Origin: Endomicrobiia bacterium
Lineage (GTDB): Bacteria; Elusimicrobiota; Endomicrobiia; DTEH01
Length of the DNA: 64,000 nucleotides
NCBI GenBank assembly: GCA_039630545.1
Contig: JBCNUU010000004.1
Coordinates: forward strand, 64,705 to 128,704
Reading direction: 5' to 3'
Shown here: in pieces, positions 50,607-62,300 of the stretch
How the letters are laid out: the number at the start of each line of letters is the position of its first letter
How positions within the stretch are numbered: position 1 is the first letter of the stretch
The notes under the pieces: generated by a model
What the model saw: the letters and a program-made list of their open reading frames with translations, nothing else
The model's database searches: none
Told to the model about the DNA's origin: nothing
Translations under genes and position numbers: made by a program

Positions 50607-51398
50607 TTAAACTTGAATGTCTCTAAAAATTATCTGTTTTATATCTAGACATTTACCTGTAACATCGTCAATTAACAATTTTACTGCATTAAATATACAT
50701 ACCCCCTTAGCTACCTGAAATTTTTGAGGAACACATAATAAAAATCTTTTTAAAACTCCTTCTACTTCAAGACCTATAACTGACTCCTGAGGTCCACACA
50801 TACCTACATCTGAAATGTAACCTGTCCCATTTTTTGTTATTTTAGCATCAGCGGTAGCTACATGAGTGTGTGTGCCTAATACAGCAGAAACTCTCCCATC
50901 TAAAAAAAATCCAAAGGCATTTTTTTCAGAAGTAGCTTCTGCATGAAAATCTACTATTATAACTTTAGTTCTTGCTCTTATATCATCTATTACTTTATTT
51001 ATTGTCTTAAAAGGACAATCTAAACACTCAACTGTAAAAACCCTACCTAACAAATTTACTACACATATTTCAATATCTTTCTTTTTTACAAAACAAAAAC
51101 CCTGACCTGGATTGCCTTCCGGATAATTAAGTGGACGAAGAAGTTGCGGATGAGTTATTATCTGCTGCACTTCCTTTCTTGCAAAGGTGTGATTCCCCAG
51201 TGTAATTATATCTACACCATAGCTTATTATCTCTTCAAATACACTTTTAGAAATCCCTTTTCCTCCAGCTGAATTTTCTCCGTTAGCTATTATCAAATCA
51301 AAATTTTCTTCATAAAGCAGATTTTCTAACACATACTTTACACATTTTCTTCCAGCTTCACCAACTATGTCACCTATAAAAAGTACTTTAACAACCAT
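50607..51398 (-). CDS. ymdB: YmdB-like metallophosphodiesterase
   Basis: GDIVG, NGEN, GNH, DFHAEATSEK, GTHTHV. Confidence 0.92.
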   Translation of the reverse strand: MVVKVLFIGDIVGEAGRKCVKYVLENLLYEENFDLIIANGENSAGGKGISKSVFEEIISYGVDIITLGNHTFARKEVQQIITHPQLLRPLNYPEGNPGQGFCFVKKKDIEICVVNLLGRVFTVECLDCPFKTINKVIDDIRARTKVIIVDFHAEATSEKNAFGFFLDGRVSAVLGTHTHVATADAKITKNGTGYISDVGMCGPQESVIGLEVEGVLKRFLLCVPQKFQVAKGVCIFNAVKLLIDDVTGKCLDIKQIIFRDIQV

Positions 51399-51403
51399 TT
51401 AGT

Positions 51404-52561
51404 TTATTTCCTTGCATATTCTTTAATCAAAGACAAGGCAATCTCATTTCTTTGAATTTGGTTTGTACCTTCATATATTTGAGTTATTTTAGCATCTCTT
51501 ACACGTTTTTCCATAGGATATTCACGCATATATCCATAACCTCCAAATATCTGAAGAGCATCTATTGTCACCTTCATCGCTATATCTGAACAGAAAAGTT
51601 TACACATAGCAGAAATCTTTGTATGTCTTTCTTCAGGATGAGCATCTATTGTCTTGGCTACTTGATAAAGTAAACACTTTGCTGCTTCAATTTCTGTAGC
51701 CATATCTGCTATCATGTGCTGAATTGCTTGAAAAGAAATAATCGGTTGGCCAAATTGTTTTCTTTCTTTTGCATATTTTATAGCATCTTCAAGAGCTCCT
51801 TCTGCTATTCCTAAAGCCTGCGCAGCAACCCCTGGACGTGACATATCAAACGTCTTCATTGCTATCATAAAACCCTGTCCTTCTTTGCCTAAAAGATTTT
51901 CCTTTGGTACTTTACAGTTATCAAATATCAACTCCCTGGTGGTTGAAGCACGAATTCCCATTTTCTTTTCTTTTTTTCCAAAGGTAAAACCAGGTGTTCC
52001 TTTTTCTACTATAAAAGCAGATGCACCCCTTGCTCCTTTAGATTTGTCTGTCATTGCAATAACTGTATAAATCTCTGCTTCTCCACCGTTTGTAATAAAA
52101 CACTTAGTACCATTGAGAATATAATGGTCACCTTCAAGTTTAGCTGTAGTCTTTATAGCCCCTGCATCTGAACCAGCTTCTGGTTCTGTAAGAGCAAACG
52201 CCGCAAGCTTTCTTCCTGCAGCGATATCTGGTAGATACTTTTGTTTTTGATATTCATTGCCAAACATAAGAATAGGAAGCGTACCCAGCGCAGTCGCCGC
52301 TAAAGCTAAAGCAATACCTCCATCAACTTTAGAAAGCTCCTCTACAACTAAAACTAAATCTAAAATTTTTCCACCTGTACCTCCATATTCTTCTGGAATG
52401 TATACTCCCATTAAGTCTGCTTTTGCTAATTCTCTGACAACATCCCACGGAAATTCTTCTGTTTCATCATAGTGCTCTCTTACAGGTTTTATTACCTTTT
52501 CAGCAATTTCTCTTGTAAGATCTACAATCATTTTTTGTTCTTCTGTTAAAAAATAATCCAT
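51404..52561 (-). CDS. Acyl-CoA dehydrogenase (butyryl-CoA dehydrogenase-like)
   Basis: FALTEPEAGSD, GTKCFITNG, RKQFG, QIFGGYGY, IYEGTNQIQR. Confidence 0.93.
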   Translation of the reverse strand: MDYFLTEEQKMIVDLTREIAEKVIKPVREHYDETEEFPWDVVRELAKADLMGVYIPEEYGGTGGKILDLVLVVEELSKVDGGIALALAATALGTLPILMFGNEYQKQKYLPDIAAGRKLAAFALTEPEAGSDAGAIKTTAKLEGDHYILNGTKCFITNGGEAEIYTVIAMTDKSKGARGASAFIVEKGTPGFTFGKKEKKMGIRASTTRELIFDNCKVPKENLLGKEGQGFMIAMKTFDMSRPGVAAQALGIAEGALEDAIKYAKERKQFGQPIISFQAIQHMIADMATEIEAAKCLLYQVAKTIDAHPEERHTKISAMCKLFCSDIAMKVTIDALQIFGGYGYMREYPMEKRVRDAKITQIYEGTNQIQRNEIALSLIKEYARK

Positions 52562-52618
52562 TTTATATCCTCCTTATTAGTTAAATTTTGATTGTTTTTA
52601 TAATTAAAATTTTATTTT

Positions 52619-52647
52619 TATATACCACAAAAATTGTAAGATATCAA
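52619..52647 (-). promoter_or_regulatory. Sigma70-type promoter upstream of the acyl-CoA dehydrogenase
   Basis: TTGATA-N17-TATATA with an extended -10 TGn. Confidence 0.4.
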
Positions 52648-52662
52648 TAGAAAATAAAATTT

Positions 52663-53760
52663 TTATATAACTTTACACAGCTGCTTAAAGTAGTTTCCCC
52701 CAGCAACTTGGTTAATTAAGTTTAACTGTCTTACTCTAAGTTTAGTATCACTCCAGGTAAAATTTCCATATTTTTTATAACATTCTGTAGAATATCTTGG
52801 AGAATATGGAAATATATGATACCAGTTTAGATTAAGATTTTTCAGCCGGTCAAAGACTATTTTAAATTTCTCCTTTGTTTCTAATGGATAACCAACTATC
52901 ACATCAGACGAAATTATTACATCAGGAATTACTTTCTTTAATCTATTTATCACCTTAAGAAACTCTCCATAAGTATAATCTCTTCTCATATCTTCCAAAA
53001 TCTCATCAACAGGTGACTGGAGAGCTATATGAAAATGTGAAAAAATTCTGTTTTTATACCTGATTAAAAAATCAAAAAATTTTTCTGTTAAATCTGAAGG
53101 ATTAAGAGAAGAAAACAATAAGGTAATTTTGGGAAAAATTTTTAAAATTTTTTCTGATAAGTCTATAAAATCACCTTGAAAATTATATTTAGCAATATTG
53201 GTACCCACAAGATATATTTCTGTATAACCATTCTTGTAAAGATGTTCTATTTCTTTTAATATATTTTCTTCAGGTCTGCTTATGAGTGGATTTCTTAAAT
53301 AAGGCACAATACAATAACTGCAAAAATTGTTACAACCATCCTGTATTTTCACGTATGCTCTTTGGGGACCAAAAAATTTGGTTATAGTCTGTTCTACTTC
53401 ACATATTTTTGGATTTATAAAAGTGTATTTGTTTTTGTTGCCTAAAAAATCAACAGGTAAGTCAACAGAAAGTCGTTCAAAAAATTTAGAATGTAAATTA
53501 TGGTTACATACGTATTCAGCATAACATCCTGAAAGGATAATTCTTTTTGCATTTTTGCTTTCATTATAAACTCTTCTTATAAACTTATATACATCCCTCT
53601 CAGCAGCATAAGTAACAGCACAACTGTTTATCACAACAATATCTGCATCAAGATAATTTTCAACCACTTTTTTTCCATGCCTGACCAGGAGTTCTTTGAT
53701 AAGTTGACTTTCGTACTGATTTGTTTTACAACCAAATGTTCTTATAAAATATCTATTCAT
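52663..53760 (-). CDS. mtaB: tRNA t6A37 methylthiotransferase MtaB-like (no C-terminal TRAM domain)
   Basis: TFGCKTNQYES, INSCAVT, KIQDGCNNFCSYCIVP, HIFPYSPR; dnaJ-rsmE-mtaB synteny. Confidence 0.82.
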   Translation of the reverse strand: MNRYFIRTFGCKTNQYESQLIKELLVRHGKKVVENYLDADIVVINSCAVTYAAERDVYKFIRRVYNESKNAKRIILSGCYAEYVCNHNLHSKFFERLSVDLPVDFLGNKNKYTFINPKICEVEQTITKFFGPQRAYVKIQDGCNNFCSYCIVPYLRNPLISRPEENILKEIEHLYKNGYTEIYLVGTNIAKYNFQGDFIDLSEKILKIFPKITLLFSSLNPSDLTEKFFDFLIRYKNRIFSHFHIALQSPVDEILEDMRRDYTYGEFLKVINRLKKVIPDVIISSDVIVGYPLETKEKFKIVFDRLKNLNLNWYHIFPYSPRYSTECYKKYGNFTWSDTKLRVRQLNLINQVAGGNYFKQLCKVI

Positions 53761-53773
53761 AGTTTAGTTGAAT

Positions 53774-54499
53774 TTAACAATTTTTTATATAAAAAACAAT
53801 AGAAGAAGAAACTATAGCTGCTGTTTCACTTCTTAAAGTATTTTCAGAAATGTTAATAAAGAAAGTTTTTTTTTGCTGCTTTAAAAATTCTATTTCTTCT
53901 TCCGAAAAATCACCTTCCGGACCTACAAATATTCTTATGTTATTTGAGTCTTTTATCTGTTTCATAATGTCAGAGAAATTTTTTTGAGAGTTTTTATTTA
54001 AAACAATATTCAAAAAATCAATTTTTTGTTCAAAAAATAACTCTTGTAATTTTTTAACAGATAAAAGCTCAGGCAAAAACCCACATTCAGATTGTTTTGC
54101 TGCTTCTAATATTATTTTGTTAAATCTTTCGTATCTTCTGGTGAAACTATCTAAGCCTACATTTACTCTCGTACAAATAACAGGTGTTATAGAGGTTACT
54201 CCTATTTCTGTTAATTTCTCAAGTGTAAGCTCAAACCTATCTATTTTTATTATACCTAAAATTACTTCTATATTATATTTTTTTTTATTCAAAAATTCTT
54301 TTTTTAAAATTTTAAGACCAACTTTATCTTTATCAATAAAATCTATCTTAGCTTCTGCTTTTATTCCTTTACCGTTAAAAATTTTAATAATATCAGAAAG
54401 TTTGTGCCTTTGAGTTTTTATTATATGATAAAATTCAGAAGAGTCAACTACTATGTATTCTGAGTTATCTGTAAGGTGAGGTGTATAAAACTGTGTCAT
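53774..54499 (-). CDS. rsmE: 16S rRNA m3U1498 methyltransferase
   Basis: EKLTEIGV, EAAKQS, VGPEGDF, LRSETA. Confidence 0.92.
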   Translation of the reverse strand: MTQFYTPHLTDNSEYIVVDSSEFYHIIKTQRHKLSDIIKIFNGKGIKAEAKIDFIDKDKVGLKILKKEFLNKKKYNIEVILGIIKIDRFELTLEKLTEIGVTSITPVICTRVNVGLDSFTRRYERFNKIILEAAKQSECGFLPELLSVKKLQELFFEQKIDFLNIVLNKNSQKNFSDIMKQIKDSNNIRIFVGPEGDFSEEEIEFLKQQKKTFFINISENTLRSETAAIVSSSIVFYIKNC

Positions 54500-54502
54500 A
54501 AA

Positions 54503-55594
54503 TTATATATCTAAACCTAAAGTTTTAGCATATTCACGAAGAGCATTTTTTTGACGCTCATTCAATTTCGTGGGGACTTCAATACTTATCTCCACATATA
54601 AATCTCCCCTTTTACCAGTATGCAAATCAGGCATGCCTTTGTTTCTTATCCTGAAAACTTTATTCTGCTGTGTGCCTGCAGGAATTGCCATTTTTATCTT
54701 TCCTCCATCAACGGTAGGAACATCCACTTCTCCTCCTAATACTGCTACAGGGTAAGGAATCCCGATTTTACAAATAAGGTCGTCTCCCTGTCTTGAAAAT
54801 ATTGGATGTGGTTCGATCCTTACTGCTACATACAAATCTCCAGGAGCACCTCCTTCAAGCCCAGCTTCTCCTTTTCCTTTTACTCTAATTGAAGTGCCGT
54901 TATCTACACCAGGAGGTATTTTTACTACTATGTTTTCTTGCTGTTTAACTTTACCATGTCCTCCGCACTTCTCACATGGTATATCCACAACTTGTCCCTG
55001 ACCTCTACATCTTGGACAGGTCTCTTTAAAACTAAAAAAACCTCTACTATATCCAACATATCCAGAACCTTTACATTTGGGACAAATTTTTTTTGAAGTT
55101 CCTGCTTTTGCACCTGTACCCCTGCAAGAAGAACAAGTAACTGTATGATAAAAAGACAAAGATTTTTCTACTCCTTTAAATGCTTCTTCTAAAGTAATCG
55201 TAACGGGAATTTCAATATCATCTCCCCTTTGAGGACCTTTTTTTGTCTGTTTTACCCCAAAAAAGTCAAACAAATCATCAAATACACTTCCAAAACCAAT
55301 ATCTTGAAAAATACTTCCAAAATCTACACCTGAAAATATATCCTGTTGAGTATAAGAACTATCTATACCGGCATGACCGTACATATCATATTGCTTTCTC
55401 TTGTTAGGATCTGACAACACAGCATATGCTTCTGAAATCTCTTTAAATTTTTCACGCATCTCATCTTTTTTTTCAGGAGGATGTCTATCTGGATGGTATT
55501 GAATAGCCAAACGTCTGTAGGCTTCTTCTATCTCTTTTTGTGAAGCGTTTCTTGAAACACCTAACACTTCGTAATAATCTTTTTTTACTGCCAT
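54503..55594 (-). CDS. dnaJ: Chaperone DnaJ
   Basis: J domain with HPD, G/F region, four CxxCxGxG repeats. Confidence 0.96.
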   Translation of the reverse strand: MAVKKDYYEVLGVSRNASQKEIEEAYRRLAIQYHPDRHPPEKKDEMREKFKEISEAYAVLSDPNKRKQYDMYGHAGIDSSYTQQDIFSGVDFGSIFQDIGFGSVFDDLFDFFGVKQTKKGPQRGDDIEIPVTITLEEAFKGVEKSLSFYHTVTCSSCRGTGAKAGTSKKICPKCKGSGYVGYSRGFFSFKETCPRCRGQGQVVDIPCEKCGGHGKVKQQENIVVKIPPGVDNGTSIRVKGKGEAGLEGGAPGDLYVAVRIEPHPIFSRQGDDLICKIGIPYPVAVLGGEVDVPTVDGGKIKMAIPAGTQQNKVFRIRNKGMPDLHTGKRGDLYVEISIEVPTKLNERQKNALREYAKTLGLDI

Positions 55595-55601
55595 AAGTTT
55601 T

Positions 55602-56222
55602 TTATTTAATTCTTTTTATTAAAACATTTTTTATATAAACAGGATTAAGAGGTTTATCTCTATGATCTCTTGGAACATTTACTATTTTTTCCACCACATC
55701 TAAACCCCTTACCACCTGACCAAATATAGTGTGTCTGTTATTAAGCCATGGAGTCGGCACTACTGTAATAAAAATCTGAGAACCATTAGTGTTAGGTCCA
55801 CGATTAGCCATAGCAACTCTGCCTGGTCTGTCAAACAAAAGCTGCGGATGGAACTCGTCTTCAAACTCATATCCAGGCCCACCTGTTCCATCTCCTTTGG
55901 GGCAGCCGGTTTGTGCCATAAAGTTAGGAATTACTCTATGAAATATAAGTCCATCATAGAACCTTTTTTTAACTTTCTGGTTAGTGTTAGGATCTAACCA
56001 TTCTTTTTCACCTGACGCAAGTTCTACAAAATTTTTTACAGTTTTTGGCGCATATTTTTCATAAAGCTCAAAAACAATAACTCCATAATCAGTTATTATA
56101 GCAGCATAGTATCCTTTAGGTAATCCTTTAAAAATTTTTTTTTCTAAATTTTTTTGTTGAGAAAAAATAAAATTATTTAAAAATACCAAAATAGACATCC
56201 CTATAAAAAAAGATTTTTTCAT
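55602..56222 (-). CDS. Cyclophilin-type PPIase with an N-terminal signal peptide
   Basis: [37 protein letters not shown]. Confidence 0.93.
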   Translation of the reverse strand: MKKSFFIGMSILVFLNNFIFSQQKNLEKKIFKGLPKGYYAAIITDYGVIVFELYEKYAPKTVKNFVELASGEKEWLDPNTNQKVKKRFYDGLIFHRVIPNFMAQTGCPKGDGTGGPGYEFEDEFHPQLLFDRPGRVAMANRGPNTNGSQIFITVVPTPWLNNRHTIFGQVVRGLDVVEKIVNVPRDHRDKPLNPVYIKNVLIKRIK

Positions 56223-56345
56223 GTTCCCTCCATTTCCAAATAAATTATATTATTTTCAACAAAATATCAATACACGGATCCTCATTTTATTGATTAGATG
56301 TAGTGAATGTTGAAAAGTTTTCAAAAATAAAAAATTATTTTAATT

Positions 56346-59300
56346 TTATCTTATTACTCCTATCTTTCTTATAGCAGTTATTACTCCCTTTGTAGATTTT
56401 ACTTTAATCTGTGCTATATATCCACCTTTTGAAACTTTCTGCCCTGCCTGGTTTGTACCATCCCATCCACCTTCTGGAACACGATTTGCTCCTTTCTTAC
56501 CACCTTCCTGTCCTGGCTGGAATGTCCATTCTCTAACTTTAAATCCTAAAAGATCATAAATAGTCAGTGTGACCTCTGCATCTTGATTTAATAGATAAAC
56601 AATATATGTCCTCCCTTCTTCTCCACCAAGACGAATATCTACCGGGTTCGGATAATTTGAAACTTGAGAGATCACTTCTTCTGGTAAACCTGTAGATACA
56701 CCATTTGAAATCTCAGACCAGTTAGAATAACTTCCTGCATAGTTCTTAGCTCTTACACGATAATAGTAGAAATGACCTTTTTCTCTGGGTTTATTATCAG
56801 GAGTATCAGAGTTTCCAACAACAAAAGATGTTCTACTTCCTGCAACAAACCTGATTGTTCTCCAGACAGGATTTGTATCTACTCTTTCTTGAATCTCATA
56901 ACCCATAATACCTGATTCTTCATCTGAAGCTGGAGACCATTCAATAGTATAAACTCCTTCTGTAATGTCTCTGCCTGATCTATCATAATCAGACACAGGT
57001 TTAGAAGGAGCTTTTGGAGGAGTCACATCTACTCTGTATAATATTAAGGATATCACAGGTCCAGCAGTATTGCCTTGGCCTATACCATGAACACGATAAA
57101 ATGTTCCTTGATTTGTAACTTTTGTATAAGCTGGATGATCCTGTGCAGGCGTGTCGTATTTTGCTCTCTGAGTAATTCTAAATGAATTCTGTGATTTTGT
57201 TTCATAATACATTATCTCACCACCAACATATATATCTGATTTTTCTGCTGGAAAACCATCTGTAGATTCCACAAACAAGTCAAATGGTGGCGTATCCAGT
57301 CGCGAAACTGATTTGGTTAACCTTGTAACTTTTGCTGCCTGTAATGAGAGATTGGTTATAGTAAACTTTGGCGCTCTCCTGGTAGATAACCATCCACCAG
57401 GAGCAAATGCTTCTGTTAGGTTATTTACATTTGCAACATTTCCTGCTCCAACTCTATAGTCTAACACCTCAGGAGTATGTTTCCATTGAGCATAAAGTTG
57501 AGTAGTTCTGTTTGTCCATCTTTCAGGTGTATAACCCCAATCTATAATACCGTCTCTGCTAAGATCTATCTCAGGAATACCATCACCATTAACATCAGGA
57601 ACCACTGAATCCGGCTTTCCATCGCAGTTAAAATCAACATCTAAAACTCCATCTCCTGTCATATCTATAGAAAGTTTCCCATCACCTACTAAATCTATGT
57701 CATTTTTCCTTCCATCACCATCTAGGTCTTCTAAATCGTTTGTCCCATCTTCATCTAAATCCACAAAAACTTCACCTGCTTGAGTAACTCTATCCGGCAT
57801 GGTATCACCATCTACATCCACTGCTGGATATCCATCTCCAAATGGATTTGCGTATACTTGTTTTTGTGCTAATACTACCCATTTAGGCATGACTCTTGGT
57901 GCATATTCATCTAATATCAAAACAAGCGAGCTTCTTAATGGAAATCTATTAGTAATGTGAGATTCTATTGTAGAAGGAATAGTTTCTAGTGATTTAAATG
58001 AAGTTATTTCTACTCCAACATAATGATCTTTAGTTGAAGTACCTGCCAAATCTGTTTTTCCTATGTTCCCTGCTATAAATATTCTAACAGGTGAAGTAGA
58101 GACATACAGACCATCTTTTGGCAAACTAATTCTTGCAGCACCGGCTGAAAAATCTACTGTTGGATGAGTTACAGAGGTTATAAACAAATCAAGCGCCGGA
58201 GAGAAGAAACCATCACCATTGTCTAGCCATACAGACATTCCGGATAGATCACCTTGCCCATATCCACCAATAGCTCCTGGTGTCTGAACAGTTCCTGTTT
58301 GTGTAACATAAATTTTCTTTATTTTTACATAGTTTCTATCTGTCTGAATTGTTAGCATAATAAATGGAACATTTTGAGTTCTCTGAGGAACCTGTACGGG
58401 GGCAACTGACTCAGCAGAAACTTTCAATGTCACAGGATTTATTCTTACAAGCGATGTCTCAAAAGGATAAATATCTTGTTTTATACTTATTCCTTGAATA
58501 TCTTGTTCTATTTCCAGCTGAGATGATGCTTCATTTGGATATTTAATAGTTATTGCTTCTTTACCTACAAGCTTTACTCCAACAGCGTTCCCGGCAGAAG
58601 CGTTTTCTCCTATGTCATAAGCAATAAAATATGTTTGTGGTGTAGGAGAAATTAACTGTGGTTGAACTAATGTAATTTCTTTTTGTCTGTTGAGATCGTC
58701 ATTTAGATAATACATATCGCATTTTCTTACAATACTTCCAGATGAATGATATGAAGCATAACTTCCAAGATGAGCTCTTTTTGTGATATAAAGTGCTGGA
58801 TATTCTATACCGTTTACGGCTACTGTAGCAATTTTTGTATATTCAAATATTTCGTCGTTAACTTTTACCCATAACTGAGGATGGTTTTCCGGAAAACTTC
58901 CTAAAGGAGTAGTACTTGATTTTATAACCATAAAGAAAGGAGGTCTGGTATCAGAAGAAATCTCAACCACAAGTTCCGAATAAATTTCAGAAATTAAAGT
59001 GTCTGCTGAGTCAAGTTGTTCATTGAAGTTTGCATCTTTATAGATTTTAATATATCCAACATCTGCATTTTTACCATATGGTAAAGCAGGATCAGCAGAA
59101 GAACCTGTTTTTTCTAATCTTATTCTTTCCCATATAGCTTGTGCAACATCTGTTCTCATCTTTATTCTTAAAACAGGAACATTTTTTTCTGCCTGATATG
59201 TCCCACCTAAATTTGCTATATCTTTTGCGACATCATAAACTCTAAGTATTACTTCAGAAGGTGCTTCATAGATAGTTGTTTCAGCAGTCCTTATCGGTTT

Positions 59301-62300
59301 CACAACAAAACTTACATCATCAGGAACCTCAACAGTTATATAGGTCTCATCTTCAACTGAAGCAGAAAATTTAGCAAATAACCTTGCAAACTCAGCTATA
59401 TCGAAAGATATAAATATGTTGGTTCCTAAAGGTGAATCATCTATTACAAGAGGTGTTTTTAACTCTATATTGACTGTTTTGTCTGAAAACCTATCTGTGC
59501 CAAAGGAAAGAAGACCAGGATATTCTCCTGTAGCTGTACGAGTTGTGTCTTCTAAATCAAAAATTCCGTTGTTATTTAAATCCTTCCATATTTTGACTAA
59601 TGCTATATCACCATCCACTGCTGTGCCTAACATATCAAGTTTGATACGTTTTACAGTTACTGAATTTTTATTTGATTTGAAATTAAGTCTTAAAACTCCA
59701 ACATTTTTCTGGTTTTGATAAACACCAGGAGGCAATATTCCTTCTGCTTCAACTATCAAGGTATCTAAAGTGGGAACTATTACAGAAACTGGACTTACTA
59801 TTGGGAACGCAGGATTTCCCAAAGAAGTTGCAGTCGAAACCCAGTGTCCGGCTTCTTTGGGTGCTAAATTGATGTTTGTTGGTAATGGAATAGCAACACC
59901 GAAAACTTCATTTAAATTTGATATTTGAGGATGAGTAAACTTGGCAGAAGCAGATATATCTGCTGTAACCCAGAAAATAGTTGGTGTTGTTGTAATTAAT
60001 GCATATCCACGGTTATATAAAGGATCGTTTAACATCACAGTAGCTGCAGATGCTGGATCAGGAGGAACTCCAAATTTAGCCTGCCCTAAAAATACTTCTA
60101 CATCAGGTGATATAAAGCCTGTATTAGGATCTCTATTCAGTTCTCCATCTCCGTTATCTTTCCACACCTTAATATAACTAATATCAGCATCATCTCCATT
60201 AAGTGGTGAAGGCTGGGTTCTTGTAAACTTAATTGATGGAAGTTGAACCTGAAAACCACTACAATACATAACAAGTTTCAATAAAGGAACATTCTTTTGT
60301 CCTTGAACTACTTCAAATCCTACTAAAGAACCTGAGGCGTGAGAAACAGCATAAGAACCTTCAACACCTCTCTGTACATCACTTAAGCCTTCTTGTGAAA
60401 CAGAAGAGTATTTGATTATTTCGTTGTTTAATATAGCATAACCATCTTCCTTTAGCTTGTAATTTATTGCAGAAATATTTAATGGTATAAATGTATCTGT
60501 ATTGTCTATATTGGAATTTAAATAAATCGTTTCTTTTATAATCTCACCTTCTTTATTTAACCACAAAGGTTGCGCGTCTACTGTTACCATTCTTGGAGAA
60601 GGTATTATTGTTCTTAAAATTGTCTCAAATGGAATTGTAGAAGAAGATTTATCTAAATAGTTTGGCAAAGATACAGTAATGTCAGTCCATGTAGTTAAAG
60701 CAATACCAAAAGTTTGTTCAGGATGAGCATTTTCTTCAATATCAACTGTTATAAAATATCTCTGAGAAATTTTTTCTAACTGTGCTCTTGGGGTTGTTAT
60801 AATTTTAGGTGCTACAGGGAACACAACCTGAGACATAAGTGGTTTTCCAACATTTCCAAATGTAGCTGTAGCAATACATACATCTATATCAGGATTAAGT
60901 GAACCATTATTGTTTAAATCATACCATATCTTTATATATTTTATTTCATCAGTTAAAAGATTGTTATCAGTAGCTGACCCTGTACCATGAATGTTTATCT
61001 GTTGCCACCATGCTTCTGATTCATCTGTGTAAGCAATCAATGAAGCAATTGGCACATTTGTTTTACCCTGCTGCAGATACGCAACAACTTCTGTAGAAAT
61101 ATTTATCAGCTTAAATGTGACTCTATCTGGATATTCCATTATAGAACCTATACCTGATTCTGACTTTCCTTGCGGTTTAGGACCTATTATACCAAATCTA
61201 TTGGAGACATAATCTGGTTCTACTACTTTAAAGTAATCTGTAGATCTTATTGAAATACCAAGTTGAGATGCCTCATGAACTTTTGCAAGATAATTTATAT
61301 CTACTGTTATGAAATAATCTTTTGGATATTCTGAAACTATCTCTTGTCCTACCCTGTAGGGACCTAATTCATAAAAGTTACCAAGTATCCATAAGATTGC
61401 TTGCCCTGAAACTTTTGAACCTTTAGGATGAAATCTTGGCTGAGTTCCTTCTCGACCGCGCAAACAACCTGTCAGGGCATTAAGCTGCCTATCTACGCCA
61501 CTGAAGTATACAACTTCAAGATTATCTGAACCATCAGAAAGAACAACCCTGCCTGGTGTTTCCGGGAATGGAGAAAAGTCAATTATTGGAGATAAAACAA
61601 GTTTTGAAACATCCTCAACATAAATTACATCAGAAGTTGTAGAAACATCTACAGCAATCTTTGTAACCGGGAATGTGTATTTCTTATCTGCTGGAGAAAC
61701 AAGTGTATCTGAAGATTTATCAAATAAACCGTTATTATTTGTATCAAACCATACTTTAATGTTTTCAATATCTTCTGGTTGGTTTACTTTATTGGGGTTG
61801 TATCTATCAAGTTTTAAACCAGTCCATATGGCTGTTCTCTGCATTGTCTGAAGTGTTAGTCTTGCAACAACTACATCTTTATCTCCTTGTGTAGCAGCTC
61901 CGGGAACCGAGAAGTTATTTGGTGAGTTTTTGTTGTAGTCTATAAGTGTCATCTCGTCGGATGTAGCTAAAACAGTAACTAAAGAGGAATAATAGCCTGG
62001 TATGGGCAAAACTACACCTTCAGCTAACCTTATATCTGCCGAGTCAACTATAGCAGCACCATGAGTTTTGCCTATATATGCTGAGTCAGATACCTTGTAA
62101 GATACAAAATAAGTAACGGTAGAGGGTGTTATTTCTGCGACCTGTTTAAGATAAACAACTGCTGTACGTGTTGAAAAAGCTATCCAATCACTTACACGAG
62201 TATCCAGCGCTGGTTGGAATAATCCGTCACCTTGTTTTGGATCTCCTGTGCCATTGTCGTCTATAAACAACGCTACTCCCTTTATATCAGCATCTGTACC

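Noticed and set aside
56310-56324. Palindrome TTGAAAAGTTTTCAA downstream of the giant gene
   Set aside because: Nearly all A/T, so likely chance; it is not a CIRCE element and is too weak for a terminator
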